A stretch of 64,000 bases of DNA, taken from a virus. Its lineage: Duplodnaviria; Caudoviricetes. Shown here piece after piece: positions 47,700 through 57,284 of the stretch. The notes under the pieces are model-generated. The model saw only the letters and a list, made by a program, of their open reading frames with translations. It was not told the DNA's origin and ran no database searches. Position 1 is the stretch's first letter. Each line of letters opens with the position of its first letter. The translations under genes and the position numbers were made by a program. Location of the stretch: IMG/VR virus record IMGVR_UViG_3300025387_000009, one strand, 5' to 3'.

Positions 47700-48167
47700 A
47701 TGGATCATTTCATAATAAATGCCAGACCACAACCATTTAATGTAGAGCCTTATGCATTTACACTACATCCATATGCATCTAGTATTCCCCCGATATTATT
47801 AATAGGTAGATCATTTATTAATGTATCAAATGTGTATTTGAGTTCTGTAGACGCAAATATGTTTTCGCTTAGTACAGAATATATAAATCCATTTTATAAT
47901 ATTAAAAATCTTTCAGCTAATAATATAGGATTTAGTGGTGTTGATGTAACGCAATATGCTGATTTTATATCGGGACAATATATAAATTTAAATTTGCCTG
48001 ATATTTTTCATGATTCAGGGTATTTTGATGTTATTGTCCAAAATGAAGCAGGATTCGGTATATTAACTCAAGACAGTATAGTTCCATTTGTGAGTTCATG
48101 GAAGGGTGCTATAAACATACAAAAACCTTGTGTTTCAGGAATTAAAGTAAATGTTAATATAAATTAA
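47700..48167 (+). CDS. Hypothetical virion-region protein
   Basis: 155-aa beta-rich ORF after portal. Confidence 0.55.
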   Translation: MDHFIINARPQPFNVEPYAFTLHPYASSIPPILLIGRSFINVSNVYLSSVDANMFSLSTEYINPFYNIKNLSANNIGFSGVDVTQYADFISGQYINLNLPDIFHDSGYFDVIVQNEAGFGILTQDSIVPFVSSWKGAINIQKPCVSGIKVNVNIN

Positions 48168-48180
48168 TAAGTAATAATAT

Positions 48181-48417
48181 ATGGATATCATAATTCAAAC
48201 AACCCAAACCATAAAATTAGCAGATCCAATTGTAATAGAATTCGTAAGAGATTTATTTGTAGAGAAAAAAATCGTTGCAAAAATTAAAGGGTTACCTAAA
48301 CAAATTGTTCTTTGGGATGGTGATGAGCAATATGCCGCAGCTGGCAATTGGACAAACGATACCGCAATATCACAAGCATTAGTCGTTCTAGCTCTTTCCT
48401 CGATTCCTTGGATTTAA
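48181..48417 (+). CDS. Hypothetical protein
   Basis: 78-aa ORF with TAAGTA-N7-ATG. Confidence 0.55.
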   Translation: MDIIIQTTQTIKLADPIVIEFVRDLFVEKKIVAKIKGLPKQIVLWDGDEQYAAAGNWTNDTAISQALVVLALSSIPWI

Positions 48418-48444
48418 TAAAATTATTTAGGTAAGTATTCATTA

Positions 48445-49230
48445 ATGAAGAACTATACCTTTAATTGGGAAGTCCAGACTCTTATTGAACAATTTTGTCA
48501 GGCTTTCAATGATGTTATCATTAAACGTTATGATAACACAGAAACTTTGGTTGCTCCAACAAGTGGCGACAAAGTTTTGTTTGTATATTCACCAAAACAA
48601 AGAGTATTCAGTAATTTAAATAGCCCAGCGGCTGGTGGCTTAACGGTTCCTGTTATTGCTATAAATCTTTCTTCTATTTCCAGAGATCAAAGTAGAGTTG
48701 TTAATAAGATTGATGGATTTAAAGTTGAATACGATTCAACTGACGGAAGTGGTGAATATATATTACCAGTTTTACAACCTGTTCCTGTAAACATAGCAGT
48801 TGAGATGACAATTATAACACGTTATCAATCTGATATGGATCAAATTTTAACAAACTTTATTCCTTATTGCGATCCATATATTGTAGTTTCTTGGAAGTTA
48901 CCAAATCTTAAAAATTCATCTATTCCATATGAAATAAGAAGTGAAGTTTTATGGAGTGGTAATGTGAACTTACAATACCCAAACGACCTTACTGGCACTC
49001 AACCATATAGAATTTCTGCTACAACTTCATTTACTATCAAAGGATGGATGTTTAAAGCCTTTAATAATGTTATTAATAAAATTTATACGATTGATTCTAA
49101 ATTTTTAACTATGGGTTCCGATGGAACAGCGGAAGCAGATACGCCAGTTCCACCTGCATCCATATTACAAGATTTTTCTGATTTTTATTCTGATTATATT
49201 TCTCCGAATATTATCAATACAATACCATAA
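48445..49230 (+). CDS. gp15: Tail sheath stabilizer/tail terminator (T4 gp15-like)
   Basis: F...FNDVIIKR, YSPKQR, PVPVNI..EM.I...YQSDMDQILTNFIPY and FTIKGWMF. Confidence 0.78.
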   Translation: MKNYTFNWEVQTLIEQFCQAFNDVIIKRYDNTETLVAPTSGDKVLFVYSPKQRVFSNLNSPAAGGLTVPVIAINLSSISRDQSRVVNKIDGFKVEYDSTDGSGEYILPVLQPVPVNIAVEMTIITRYQSDMDQILTNFIPYCDPYIVVSWKLPNLKNSSIPYEIRSEVLWSGNVNLQYPNDLTGTQPYRISATTSFTIKGWMFKAFNNVINKIYTIDSKFLTMGSDGTAEADTPVPPASILQDFSDFYSDYISPNIINTIP

Positions 49231-49239
49231 GTATTCAAA

Positions 49240-50202
49240 ATGGCTAATTCAGTACTACCAAACAGATTCCACGGATCAATGACCTTTTCACCAAAGGTTA
49301 CCACCTATGATTTATTAGCGCAAAGAATCAGAAGGGGATTAGGCGAACCGCTAATTCAAATCGAATTATCAAGTGAGCAAATCTATGAGAATATTGATAT
49401 TGCATGTGAATGGTTTACAAAGTTTTCTGGTACAACAGAAGAATATCTAATTTTTAGATCAGATTTATATACCCAAGGCGTAGGCTTACATATCGATAGG
49501 TTAATTAACATAACACCTGATATGTATAATTCTACAACCTTTAATCCACCAGCTAGTACAACAGGTTCAGGTTATTATGGTGGTACTGCTTCACAATATT
49601 ACGGAACAACATTTACTCCGCCGCCTAGTGCATTCCCAGGTTCTATGGGTTGGGATTATGACATGAATCAATATAGAAAAGTTATTGATGTTTTTTCATA
49701 CGAAGAGGGAAATAATTCTGGTGTTAATACACTTTTCACAATTGAAAATACAATTGCTCAACAAGCATACTTTGGTCAACTTCTTGGTAATGTAGGATAT
49801 GATTTAGTTACTTGGCAAGCACTTAAATCTTGGATTGATACAAGAGAAAAAGTCCTCGCTCTTAAACCTTATCTTAGATTTTATCCTGAGACTCAAATTT
49901 TAAAAATTATACCTGAACCAAATCCATTCTTATCCGCTTATTTTGGGTTGATTGGTTGCAGAGTACAAAAAGCAATTAAAGATATCGTAAGCCAATTATG
50001 GGTTTATAGATACACGATGGCTCTTTGCAAAATTACTATGGGTCACACCAGAGGTAAATACGCTGGAACAAATTTATTCGGAAACCAAACCGTAAACTAT
50101 CAAGATATTCTCCGTCAAGGCGAAGCAGAAAAAGCAGAATTGGAAAAGGAAATCATGACCGATATGGTTGATAGAGATCCTATTTCGTTCTATCTTGGAT
50201 AA
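49240..50202 (+). CDS. gp13: Neck protein (T4 gp13-like)
   Basis: LGEPLIQIELS..Q...ID; W..RY..AL.K...G..RGKY.G...GNQTVN. Confidence 0.75.
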   Translation: MANSVLPNRFHGSMTFSPKVTTYDLLAQRIRRGLGEPLIQIELSSEQIYENIDIACEWFTKFSGTTEEYLIFRSDLYTQGVGLHIDRLINITPDMYNSTTFNPPASTTGSGYYGGTASQYYGTTFTPPPSAFPGSMGWDYDMNQYRKVIDVFSYEEGNNSGVNTLFTIENTIAQQAYFGQLLGNVGYDLVTWQALKSWIDTREKVLALKPYLRFYPETQILKIIPEPNPFLSAYFGLIGCRVQKAIKDIVSQLWVYRYTMALCKITMGHTRGKYAGTNLFGNQTVNYQDILRQGEAEKAELEKEIMTDMVDRDPISFYLG

Positions 50203-50270
50203 TCTTATTGATTATCTTTGTGGCAATAAATGAACTAACAATTCATTTATTATCACAAAAATAAACAACT

Positions 50271-50717
50271 ATGAAAAAAAACCGCAACTACACACAGGGA
50301 ATTTATCAACCGCTAAATCCCGAAAAATACAAAGGAAGTATTCCTATAATATATAGATCAAAACTAGAACTTATTAGTTTTAGATATCTGGATAAAAATC
50401 CTAATATATTAACATGGGGAAGCGAATCCGTTATAATCCCATATCAATCACCAAAAGACGGCAAAGTACATAGATACTTTGTTGATTTGGTTGCCTCATT
50501 AAAAGATAGCACTGGCAAGATGCAGAAACTTTTAATTGAAGTTAAACCCGAAAAACAAACGAAACCACCTACGATTACATCGAAGAAAAAGCAATCTACT
50601 ATGCTTTATGAAAAAGTTACATGGGCAGTAAATCAAGCAAAATGGGATGCGGCTCGTCAATGGTGTAAAAAAAATGGATATACTTTTTTAATTCTTAATG
50701 AAAAACATCTTAACTAG
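50271..50717 (+). CDS. gp4: Head completion nuclease (T4 gp4-like)
   Basis: QGIYQPLNPEKYKG, YRSKLE, WGSE, HRYFVD, IEVKP and NQAKWDAA. Confidence 0.9.
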   Translation: MKKNRNYTQGIYQPLNPEKYKGSIPIIYRSKLELISFRYLDKNPNILTWGSESVIIPYQSPKDGKVHRYFVDLVASLKDSTGKMQKLLIEVKPEKQTKPPTITSKKKQSTMLYEKVTWAVNQAKWDAARQWCKKNGYTFLILNEKHLN

Positions 50718-50745
50718 TATAAATAGAAGACTAAGTAATTAATAT

Positions 50746-51414
50746 ATGAGTAACGTTTATAATCTTTTGGTCGAGCAACCTACCTACGAATTAAAGTATT
50801 TGGTTGAAGAACAAAATCGTAATTCGCCTTCAAACATGTACATTAAAGGACCATTCTTAATGGCTAATGAAGCAAATCGCAATAAGCGTGTTTATCCATT
50901 AGAAGAAATGGTTCGTGAAGTTGCTCGTTATGATAAGGAAATGATTAAGGGTAATCGTGCAACGGGTGAACTTAATCACCCAACATCACCAGAAATTAAT
51001 TTAGAAAGAGCTTGCCATATCGTCACCGAATTAAAACAAGATGGCAATATTTTTGAAGGTAAATCAAAGATCCTTTCAACTCCTGTTGGACAAGTTGTTC
51101 GTTCGTTAATTTTAGATGGCGTTAAACTTGGTGTATCTTCTCGTGCTCTTGGTCGTGTCGATCAAGAAAACGGAATTGGCAAAGTTTCAGATTTTCGTTT
51201 AGTAGCAATTGACGTTGTTGCTGATCCATCAGTTCCTACAGCCTTTGTTAATGGTATTTTAGAATCCAAGCAATGGGTATTAAAAGACAATGGAGAGCTT
51301 GAAGCACTTTATGACAATTTCCAAAAAAATATTTCAACTCTTCCATTGAAAAATAAAGATGCTTATTTACGTGAACAATTTGTTTCATTTATTAATGCAT
51401 TAAAAAGCTATTAA
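50746..51414 (+). CDS. gp21: Prohead core protease (T4 gp21)
   Basis: ANRNKRVYP, GELNHP, GVSSRALG and DVVADPS. Confidence 0.93.
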   Translation: MSNVYNLLVEQPTYELKYLVEEQNRNSPSNMYIKGPFLMANEANRNKRVYPLEEMVREVARYDKEMIKGNRATGELNHPTSPEINLERACHIVTELKQDGNIFEGKSKILSTPVGQVVRSLILDGVKLGVSSRALGRVDQENGIGKVSDFRLVAIDVVADPSVPTAFVNGILESKQWVLKDNGELEALYDNFQKNISTLPLKNKDAYLREQFVSFINALKSY

Positions 51415-51447
51415 TTGCAACAATCGAGAGTAAGTAATAATACACAT

Positions 51448-51687
51448 ATGGAAATTCGCAAATTAATTTCAAAATTCATCACACAACTTTGTGAAAAGAA
51501 TTACGCACAAGCCAACGCAACGCTTCAACAGGTAGTTGAAAAAAAGACCGTCGAAAAAGTTAAGAAGACTGCTTCTTCACAAAAGGTAAAAGGATGGTCA
51601 GGCGAAAAATCAGCTTTCGGCAAAAAGGGTGCAAAAGGAAAATTTCCTAAAACAAAAAAGTCTGAAAAAAAAGTCAGCAAAATGTAA
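51448..51687 (+). CDS. Small prohead core-like protein
   Basis: Between gp21 and gp22; start moved to the ATG at 51448; Lys-rich tail. Confidence 0.5.
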   Translation: MEIRKLISKFITQLCEKNYAQANATLQQVVEKKTVEKVKKTASSQKVKGWSGEKSAFGKKGAKGKFPKTKKSEKKVSKM

Positions 51688-51716
51688 TTATCAAGGGATA
51701 AGTTATTATACATAAT

Positions 51717-52634
51717 ATGAAGAATTTCAAAGCTATTTTAGAAAACTTAGACAAGAGTGTAATTTCCGAAGAGACAGCAACTGCAATTGCTGAAGCATTC
51801 GAAGCAGCAGTTAATGAGAAAGTTGAATCTCGCTTATCACTCCAAGTTGAAAGTGCTCTCTCAAAACAGGATGTTGATCATGCTGAAAAATTAGAAAAAC
51901 TTTTAGAAGCTATTGATACCGATCACACCGACAAACTCAAGAAAGTTTTAACAGCAATTAACGAAGATCATTCCGCTAAGTTAGAAAAGCTTGCAACTCA
52001 TTATCGCAAGGCTTTAAATGAAAAAGCTCTTGCATTCAAAAATTCTATGATTGATGAAGTTAGTAACTTCATTGATATTTCGTTAGATAAAGCACTTCCA
52101 ACAAATCAATTACAAGAAGCTGTGGAGAACACATACGCTCGTACACAGCTTGACAAAATCCGTCAGATTGTCGGAATTGATCAGGAGTCCATTGACTCTG
52201 GTATCAAGTCCACAATTGCTGAAGGTAAAAAGGCAATTGACTCTCTTAATGAGAAGCTCAATGAGTCTTATAAAGAAAATGAAGCTCTCGTTGAGAAGCT
52301 TAAGATGGTTGAGGCAACCATTATCCTTGAACAAAAGACCAAGGGGATGCCATCAAGCAAAAAAGATTTTATCGTTAAATTGTTAAACGACAAGGATTCC
52401 TCTTATATTGAAGAGAATTTTAACTATGTTGTTGAGATGTTCGAACGCAGTGAAGAAAAAACTGCGTCTGAACTTGTTAGTGAAGCTAAGCAATCTGCTA
52501 AAACCAGAGATGCTAAAGTTCCTAGCAGTTCTGTAGTTACTGAATCAGTAGCTATATCTAACGAGGGTTCATCCCAAGTTAACGGATATCTGAGTGAGTT
52601 AAAGAAAACCGAAAGTTACTCCGTAAGGAAGTAA
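51717..52634 (+). CDS. gp22: Prohead scaffolding protein (T4 gp22-like)
   Basis: Coiled-coil acidic protein (FEAAVNEKV; YVVEMF) directly upstream of the major capsid gene. Confidence 0.8.
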   Translation: MKNFKAILENLDKSVISEETATAIAEAFEAAVNEKVESRLSLQVESALSKQDVDHAEKLEKLLEAIDTDHTDKLKKVLTAINEDHSAKLEKLATHYRKALNEKALAFKNSMIDEVSNFIDISLDKALPTNQLQEAVENTYARTQLDKIRQIVGIDQESIDSGIKSTIAEGKKAIDSLNEKLNESYKENEALVEKLKMVEATIILEQKTKGMPSSKKDFIVKLLNDKDSSYIEENFNYVVEMFERSEEKTASELVSEAKQSAKTRDAKVPSSSVVTESVAISNEGSSQVNGYLSELKKTESYSVRK

Positions 52635-52686
52635 TTTAGGTATCTTTCAATCTCACAGTATTCTATCCATAGGAGTAAACAAACAA

Positions 52687-54237
52687 ATGAGAAATTCCAA
52701 TCCAGCTACAGGCTACATTGATCGTTCTCGTGCTCAGCAGTTAGTTGAAAAGTGGGCCCCAGTTCTCGATTATTCATCCGATAAGGTTGCACCAATCGAA
52801 AACGAGCACCAACGCTTAACTACTGCTATTCTCATGGAGAACCAAGAAAGATGGTGCATCGAAGAAGCATCCTACAATATCTCAGGTGGTAGTTCTACCA
52901 ACGGCGGTGTTTTCGGAACAGCTGCAACATACAATCAGTTCTCTGGAGATACATATGCTCAAGGAGATTCACGCTTACCAAAGGTACTCATCCCAATGGT
53001 TCGCCGTACTTTCCCAGAGCTTATCACGAATGAGATCGTAGGTGTACAGCCAATGAGCGGCCCAGTCGGACTTGCATTTGCTTTACGTTACCGCTATGAG
53101 GCTACTTCATTAGGTGCTAATGGTATTGATGGTTATGCAACTGGTTCGACCACACTCGGACCTGGTAATGCAGGAACAACCAATAACAATAGCGAAGCAT
53201 CTGGAGATTCCACATGGGATCGTTCCAATGTTGAAGGACCTAACGGAGCAAACGCTGATACATCATTCAGTCCTGCACGAAATGCAGAATTGGGTTATCA
53301 GTTCTTAGATACAAGATTCACAGGCACAAGTGCTGCATCATACTTCCAAGGAATTAGTGGTGCAAACTCCGCTGACTTCACCATCGTTGGTCAAGATCAG
53401 GGTGTTGCTGCACTTCTCAGTGACTATGAATTAACTGGCAACATCCCACAGGTTGTTGTTGAGTTCAGCAAGACAGCAGTTGAAGCTGGCACACGCCGCC
53501 TCGCTGCTCGTTGGTCAGTTGAACTTGAACAGGATCTTAAGAACATGAACGGACTCGATATCGACTCTGAATTAACAAATGCAATGTCATATGAAATTCA
53601 GGCTGAAATCGACCGTGAAATGGTCATGCGTATGATCCAAGTATGTCTCAATGCAGGTACACCTAACGGATACACATATTGGTACGCTCAATCCGCTGAC
53701 GCACGTTGGTTAGGAGAGAGAAACCGTGATTTCTACAGTAAGGTAATTGTCGAGGCTAATCGTGTCGCAATCCGTAACCGTAGAGGTTCTGCTAACTTCA
53801 TCATTGCTACACCTCGTGTGTGCGCAATTCTTGAAATGTTACCAGAATTCCAGTGGATGCCAGTTAACGGCAACGTTAACACGCAGCCAACCGGAATCGC
53901 AAAGGTTGGTACTCTCGGAGGACGTTTCACCGTCTACCGTGATACCCGTACTGATGCGCAGTATCTTTCAGGTCAAAGAGCAAATCCGCTTGAGTATGCC
54001 CTCTTAGGCTATAAGGGAACCGAATACTATGACACAGGTATTGTATATTGCCCATACATCCCAGTTATGATCCAGCGCACAGTTGGTCCTAACGACTTTG
54101 CACCACGCGTAGGTCTTATGACCCGCTACGGTGTAGTCGATCATATCTTTGGTGCATCTTTATACTACCACGTTATCATAGTTAAGGGTCTCGGAACAAG
54201 CTTCGTAGGTAATGCAGCTGCTGCAAACTACCTCTAA
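52687..54237 (+). CDS. gp23: Major capsid protein (T4 gp23)
   Basis: KWAPVL, MVRRTFP, GVQPMSGPVGLAFALR, RRLAARWSVELEQDL and YCPYIP. Confidence 0.97.
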   Translation: MRNSNPATGYIDRSRAQQLVEKWAPVLDYSSDKVAPIENEHQRLTTAILMENQERWCIEEASYNISGGSSTNGGVFGTAATYNQFSGDTYAQGDSRLPKVLIPMVRRTFPELITNEIVGVQPMSGPVGLAFALRYRYEATSLGANGIDGYATGSTTLGPGNAGTTNNNSEASGDSTWDRSNVEGPNGANADTSFSPARNAELGYQFLDTRFTGTSAASYFQGISGANSADFTIVGQDQGVAALLSDYELTGNIPQVVVEFSKTAVEAGTRRLAARWSVELEQDLKNMNGLDIDSELTNAMSYEIQAEIDREMVMRMIQVCLNAGTPNGYTYWYAQSADARWLGERNRDFYSKVIVEANRVAIRNRRGSANFIIATPRVCAILEMLPEFQWMPVNGNVNTQPTGIAKVGTLGGRFTVYRDTRTDAQYLSGQRANPLEYALLGYKGTEYYDTGIVYCPYIPVMIQRTVGPNDFAPRVGLMTRYGVVDHIFGASLYYHVIIVKGLGTSFVGNAAAANYL

Positions 54238-54264
54238 GTCTTAGTTCAACCTAAAGAAAAGTTC

Positions 54265-54302
54265 GCCCCCATGTCGATTGCTAGGCATGGGGGCATTTCT
54301 TT
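54265..54302 (+). terminator. Rho-independent terminator after gp23
   Basis: gcccccatg-N12-catgggggc stem followed by atttcttt. Confidence 0.8.
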
Positions 54303-54403
54303 GCCCAAATTTAATAGTGTATGAATAAATACACAAAAATATAAATTGTTTAAAATAAACAACTTAAATAAAAAACGAATAGAAAACTTTATCTATTCAC
54401 AAT

Positions 54404-54431
54404 ATGTTCCCGAAATTGGTTTCGGGAACAT
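54404..54431 (-). terminator. 12-bp hairpin at the end of the minus-strand gp16-like gene
   Basis: atgttcccgaaa-ttgg-tttcgggaacat; no clear U-tract. Confidence 0.45.
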
Positions 54432-54919
54432 TAATCTTCTTTTTTAAATTCAGCATCAACAATTTCTAATTGTTGTTTTTTAGATGTTTTCGGGTTGAAA
54501 ATCTGTGACATAATTTCATCCCTCGTTGCAATTAATACATTAGTTGTATTAGGTAATGGAGGTCTTTCCATATGAGCAGCAATTTCCATCTTTTTAATCT
54601 CAATATTACTCTTACTTTGTTTATTTTGAATATTGATTTTATTTAGTTGATCCAATGCTTTTGTTGCTGAATTAATTAATTGAGACAATGCAGCTATTTC
54701 TTTTGGGTCGCTGCCTGTCAGTACACTATCTTTTAAATTTTGAACCGCACCTAAAGTTGATTCAACTAACTCAGCAGATTTTTTATAAACATAATCGCCA
54801 ACGTTATCATCATTAACTTCTTCGTGCTCTACTGGCTTATAAGGCTTTGCGTGTTCACTAGGAACAGAATCAGCTTTAAGTTGTTCTATAATGGAGTTTA
54901 TTTCGTTATCGCTTGACAT
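54431..54919 (-). CDS. gp16: Terminase small subunit-like (T4 gp16)
   Basis: Helical DPKEIAALSQLINSATKALDQL...TTNVLIATRDEIM pattern; late-type promoter. Confidence 0.55.
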   Translation of the reverse strand: MSSDNEINSIIEQLKADSVPSEHAKPYKPVEHEEVNDDNVGDYVYKKSAELVESTLGAVQNLKDSVLTGSDPKEIAALSQLINSATKALDQLNKINIQNKQSKSNIEIKKMEIAAHMERPPLPNTTNVLIATRDEIMSQIFNPKTSKKQQLEIVDAEFKKED

Positions 54920-54947
54920 GTGTTAATATTTACCTATATATTAACAT

Positions 54948-55130
54948 ATGACAACAACTATTACAATTCAAAACGTAGGAACTTATACAATTTTAACATC
55001 AGAAGTTCATACAATTTTGTCACTAATCCAAGCAGCCGCACAGAGAGCACAACAAGTAACACAGGGGCAACAGACCCAAATTCAGTCAAATTATATTAAC
55101 AACGATGGCAGAACTTTGATTAACGGTTGA
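54948..55130 (+). CDS. Small hypothetical protein
   Basis: 60-aa Gln/Thr-rich ORF filling the gap. Confidence 0.4.
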   Translation: MTTTITIQNVGTYTILTSEVHTILSLIQAAAQRAQQVTQGQQTQIQSNYINNDGRTLING

Positions 55131-55155
55131 CATTTAAATAACCATAGCTTATGAT
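55127..55155 (+). promoter_or_regulatory. Sigma70-type promoter of the clamp loader
   Basis: TTGACA-N17-TATGAT-N6-ATG. Confidence 0.75.
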
Positions 55156-55161
55156 AAGGTT

Positions 55162-56091
55162 ATGGGATTATATGATCAACTTTGGGTAGAACGCTACAGA
55201 CCTAAAAAACTAGATGACTTGGTTCTCACTGAAGAGAATAGGAAATTCTTTTCGGGCATAAATGAAGATACGCCCCATCTTCTTTTGTACGGTCATGCTG
55301 GCACAGGAAAGACTACTCTAGCAAAGATCATTGTAAATGATATCCTAAAATGTCAATCGCTTTATATCAATGCCAGTGATGAAAACGGTATTGATACAAT
55401 AAGAAACAAAGTTACTTTATTTGCTCAGACTTCTTCACTTGACGGTAAGAAGAAAGTAATCATTTTAGATGAGTTTTGTGGCACTACAAATGATGCCCAA
55501 AGAATTCTTCGTAGTGTTATGGAAGAATATTCTGATACGACCAGATTTATTCTTACTTCAAACTACATCAACAAAATCATCGAACCAATTCAATCAAGAT
55601 GTTTGCTTTTTAATATAGTGCCAGATTTAGCAGAGTGTGCAAAGAGATGTATTAACATCTTGAAGCAGGAAAATGTCGATATAGGTTCACAGAGGGAGTT
55701 TATTACATTTGTAAAAAATAACTTCCCTGATATGAGGAGAATTATTAATGATCTTCAGAGATTTTCAATTACCGGAACCTTGATTATCAATCAAATAAAT
55801 GAAGTAAAAAACATAGCAGAAAATGTTTATAGTTCTTTACTATCGAAACTCGATGCAATTCAAATAAGGAAAATGGTAATAGAAAATGAAAAGACATTTT
55901 CGGCGGATTACCAGAGTCTATTAAAATCATTGTTGGATTTCTTTTATGAAACCACAAAGATTAAAGAAAATATAAAGAAGAGAATTATCCTAGAAATAGG
56001 AGAGCATATGTATAGGGATAATTTCGTAATTGATCACGAAATCAATTTTTTCTGTTGCTTAATCGCAATAGAAAACGCCTTACTTTCTTAA
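55162..56091 (+). CDS. gp44: Clamp loader large subunit (T4 gp44/RFC)
   Basis: WVERYRP, GHAGTGKTT, INASDENGID, IILDE and SRC motifs. Confidence 0.93.
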   Translation: MGLYDQLWVERYRPKKLDDLVLTEENRKFFSGINEDTPHLLLYGHAGTGKTTLAKIIVNDILKCQSLYINASDENGIDTIRNKVTLFAQTSSLDGKKKVIILDEFCGTTNDAQRILRSVMEEYSDTTRFILTSNYINKIIEPIQSRCLLFNIVPDLAECAKRCINILKQENVDIGSQREFITFVKNNFPDMRRIINDLQRFSITGTLIINQINEVKNIAENVYSSLLSKLDAIQIRKMVIENEKTFSADYQSLLKSLLDFFYETTKIKENIKKRIILEIGEHMYRDNFVIDHEINFFCCLIAIENALLS

Positions 56092-56661
56092 TTTAAGCTT
56101 CTTTGGCTTATCGAACTTAGCAGCCTGTGCAGGTGATGCAGGGATTGCTGTGTTATCTTCTGGCAAATCCTTATCAGTTGGTTGATTATTGATAGTAATA
56201 TCAATTTGAACAGGCTGTGGCTTCTGGTAGCCCATTGGCAATTCATATCTATTAGGAACAGCTTGGACAGGTGGTAAGTTGCCACCAAAGTTTAATACTT
56301 CTACAAGGGTAAAATCACCTGGCACGGTGAATTCACCAAATTCCGTTGGCGCATTAACTGTTCTAGGGTCGAGTTTTAAAACAAGGAAAGTTTCCCCTGC
56401 GCCTTCATTATCATTTGAATCTTTTGGATTCTGCAAAGCAGCATGACCAACTACTCTTTTAACGAAAAAGAAATACTTTCTTTCTGCTAAATCGGTTAAC
56501 CAATTAACAAATACTTCATCACCGCTGTAATGCTTTTTGAAATAAGCAGATTTAAAGAATTCAGGTTTAAGTCTTACCTGTGTACCTTCTCTGAATCCGC
56601 CATTTGAATAGTGGGAGAATGCCGTTTCTAAAAGTGTATCAAATTTATTGAACTTTGCCAT
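56080..56661 (-). CDS. Hypothetical protein, candidate internal head protein
   Basis: Start moved to MAKFNKFDTLLE at 56661, preceded by TATAAATA-N5. Confidence 0.6.
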   Translation of the reverse strand: MAKFNKFDTLLETAFSHYSNGGFREGTQVRLKPEFFKSAYFKKHYSGDEVFVNWLTDLAERKYFFFVKRVVGHAALQNPKDSNDNEGAGETFLVLKLDPRTVNAPTEFGEFTVPGDFTLVEVLNFGGNLPPVQAVPNRYELPMGYQKPQPVQIDITINNQPTDKDLPEDNTAIPASPAQAAKFDKPKKLKLRK

Positions 56662-56666
56662 AAGTA

Positions 56667-56674
56667 TATTTATA
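56667..56674 (-). promoter_or_regulatory. T4-type late promoter TATAAATA
   Basis: Exact T4 late consensus 5 nt upstream of an ATG. Confidence 0.7.
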
Positions 56675-56692
56675 CAACTATTTACCCTTTTC

Positions 56693-57271
56693 ATGGCAAT
56701 AATCGACTTAAATAATTTAATTCAACCCAAACAGGTTAATTCTACTGGAGTAGCAGTGAACAAGCAGGTTCAGGTTACAACACCCATTTATAGTGATTTA
56801 CATTTAGATCTAACGATAGGTCAATCAGTTGGATTGGGTGATAACGGTAGCGTCGAGTCAAGAGATATTGAAGCAGACGTTGATATCCAAGCAATTAGAA
56901 ATTCTTTATATAATATTTTCAACACCTTACCAGGTCAAAAGGTCTTAAATCCAACATTTGGTTGCTCATTATTAAAGTACCTATTTGAACCCGTTTCGAT
57001 TTTAGGTGCAAATGCCATAGGTAATGATATCAATAACGCCATATCTCAATACGAGCCAAGAGTTAATGTTATTAATGTCTATGTTCAACCTAATCCGCAA
57101 TCGACACCAGTTATAAATTTAAATGGAACACAGTTAACATTACAAACTGTTTCAGATTTAAATACATTAGGTCCGGGCTATGCCGTATCTTTGATTTATG
57201 AGATTTTACCAATAAGTGTTCAGGACACGTTAAACGTTTTTGCACAATTAGGAGGACAAATCTTAATATAA
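56693..57271 (+). CDS. gp25: Baseplate wedge subunit (T4 gp25-like)
   Basis: AIRNSLYNIFNTLPGQKVLNPTFGCSL..YLFEP...I...ISQYEPRV; start moved to 56693. Confidence 0.88.
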   Translation: MAIIDLNNLIQPKQVNSTGVAVNKQVQVTTPIYSDLHLDLTIGQSVGLGDNGSVESRDIEADVDIQAIRNSLYNIFNTLPGQKVLNPTFGCSLLKYLFEPVSILGANAIGNDINNAISQYEPRVNVINVYVQPNPQSTPVINLNGTQLTLQTVSDLNTLGPGYAVSLIYEILPISVQDTLNVFAQLGGQILI

Positions 57272-57284
57272 GATAAATATTACA

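Noticed and set aside
50225-50251. 10-bp AT-rich inverted repeat upstream of gp4 as a terminator
   Set aside because: Stem is almost all A/T with no clear U-tract and could arise by chance at this composition
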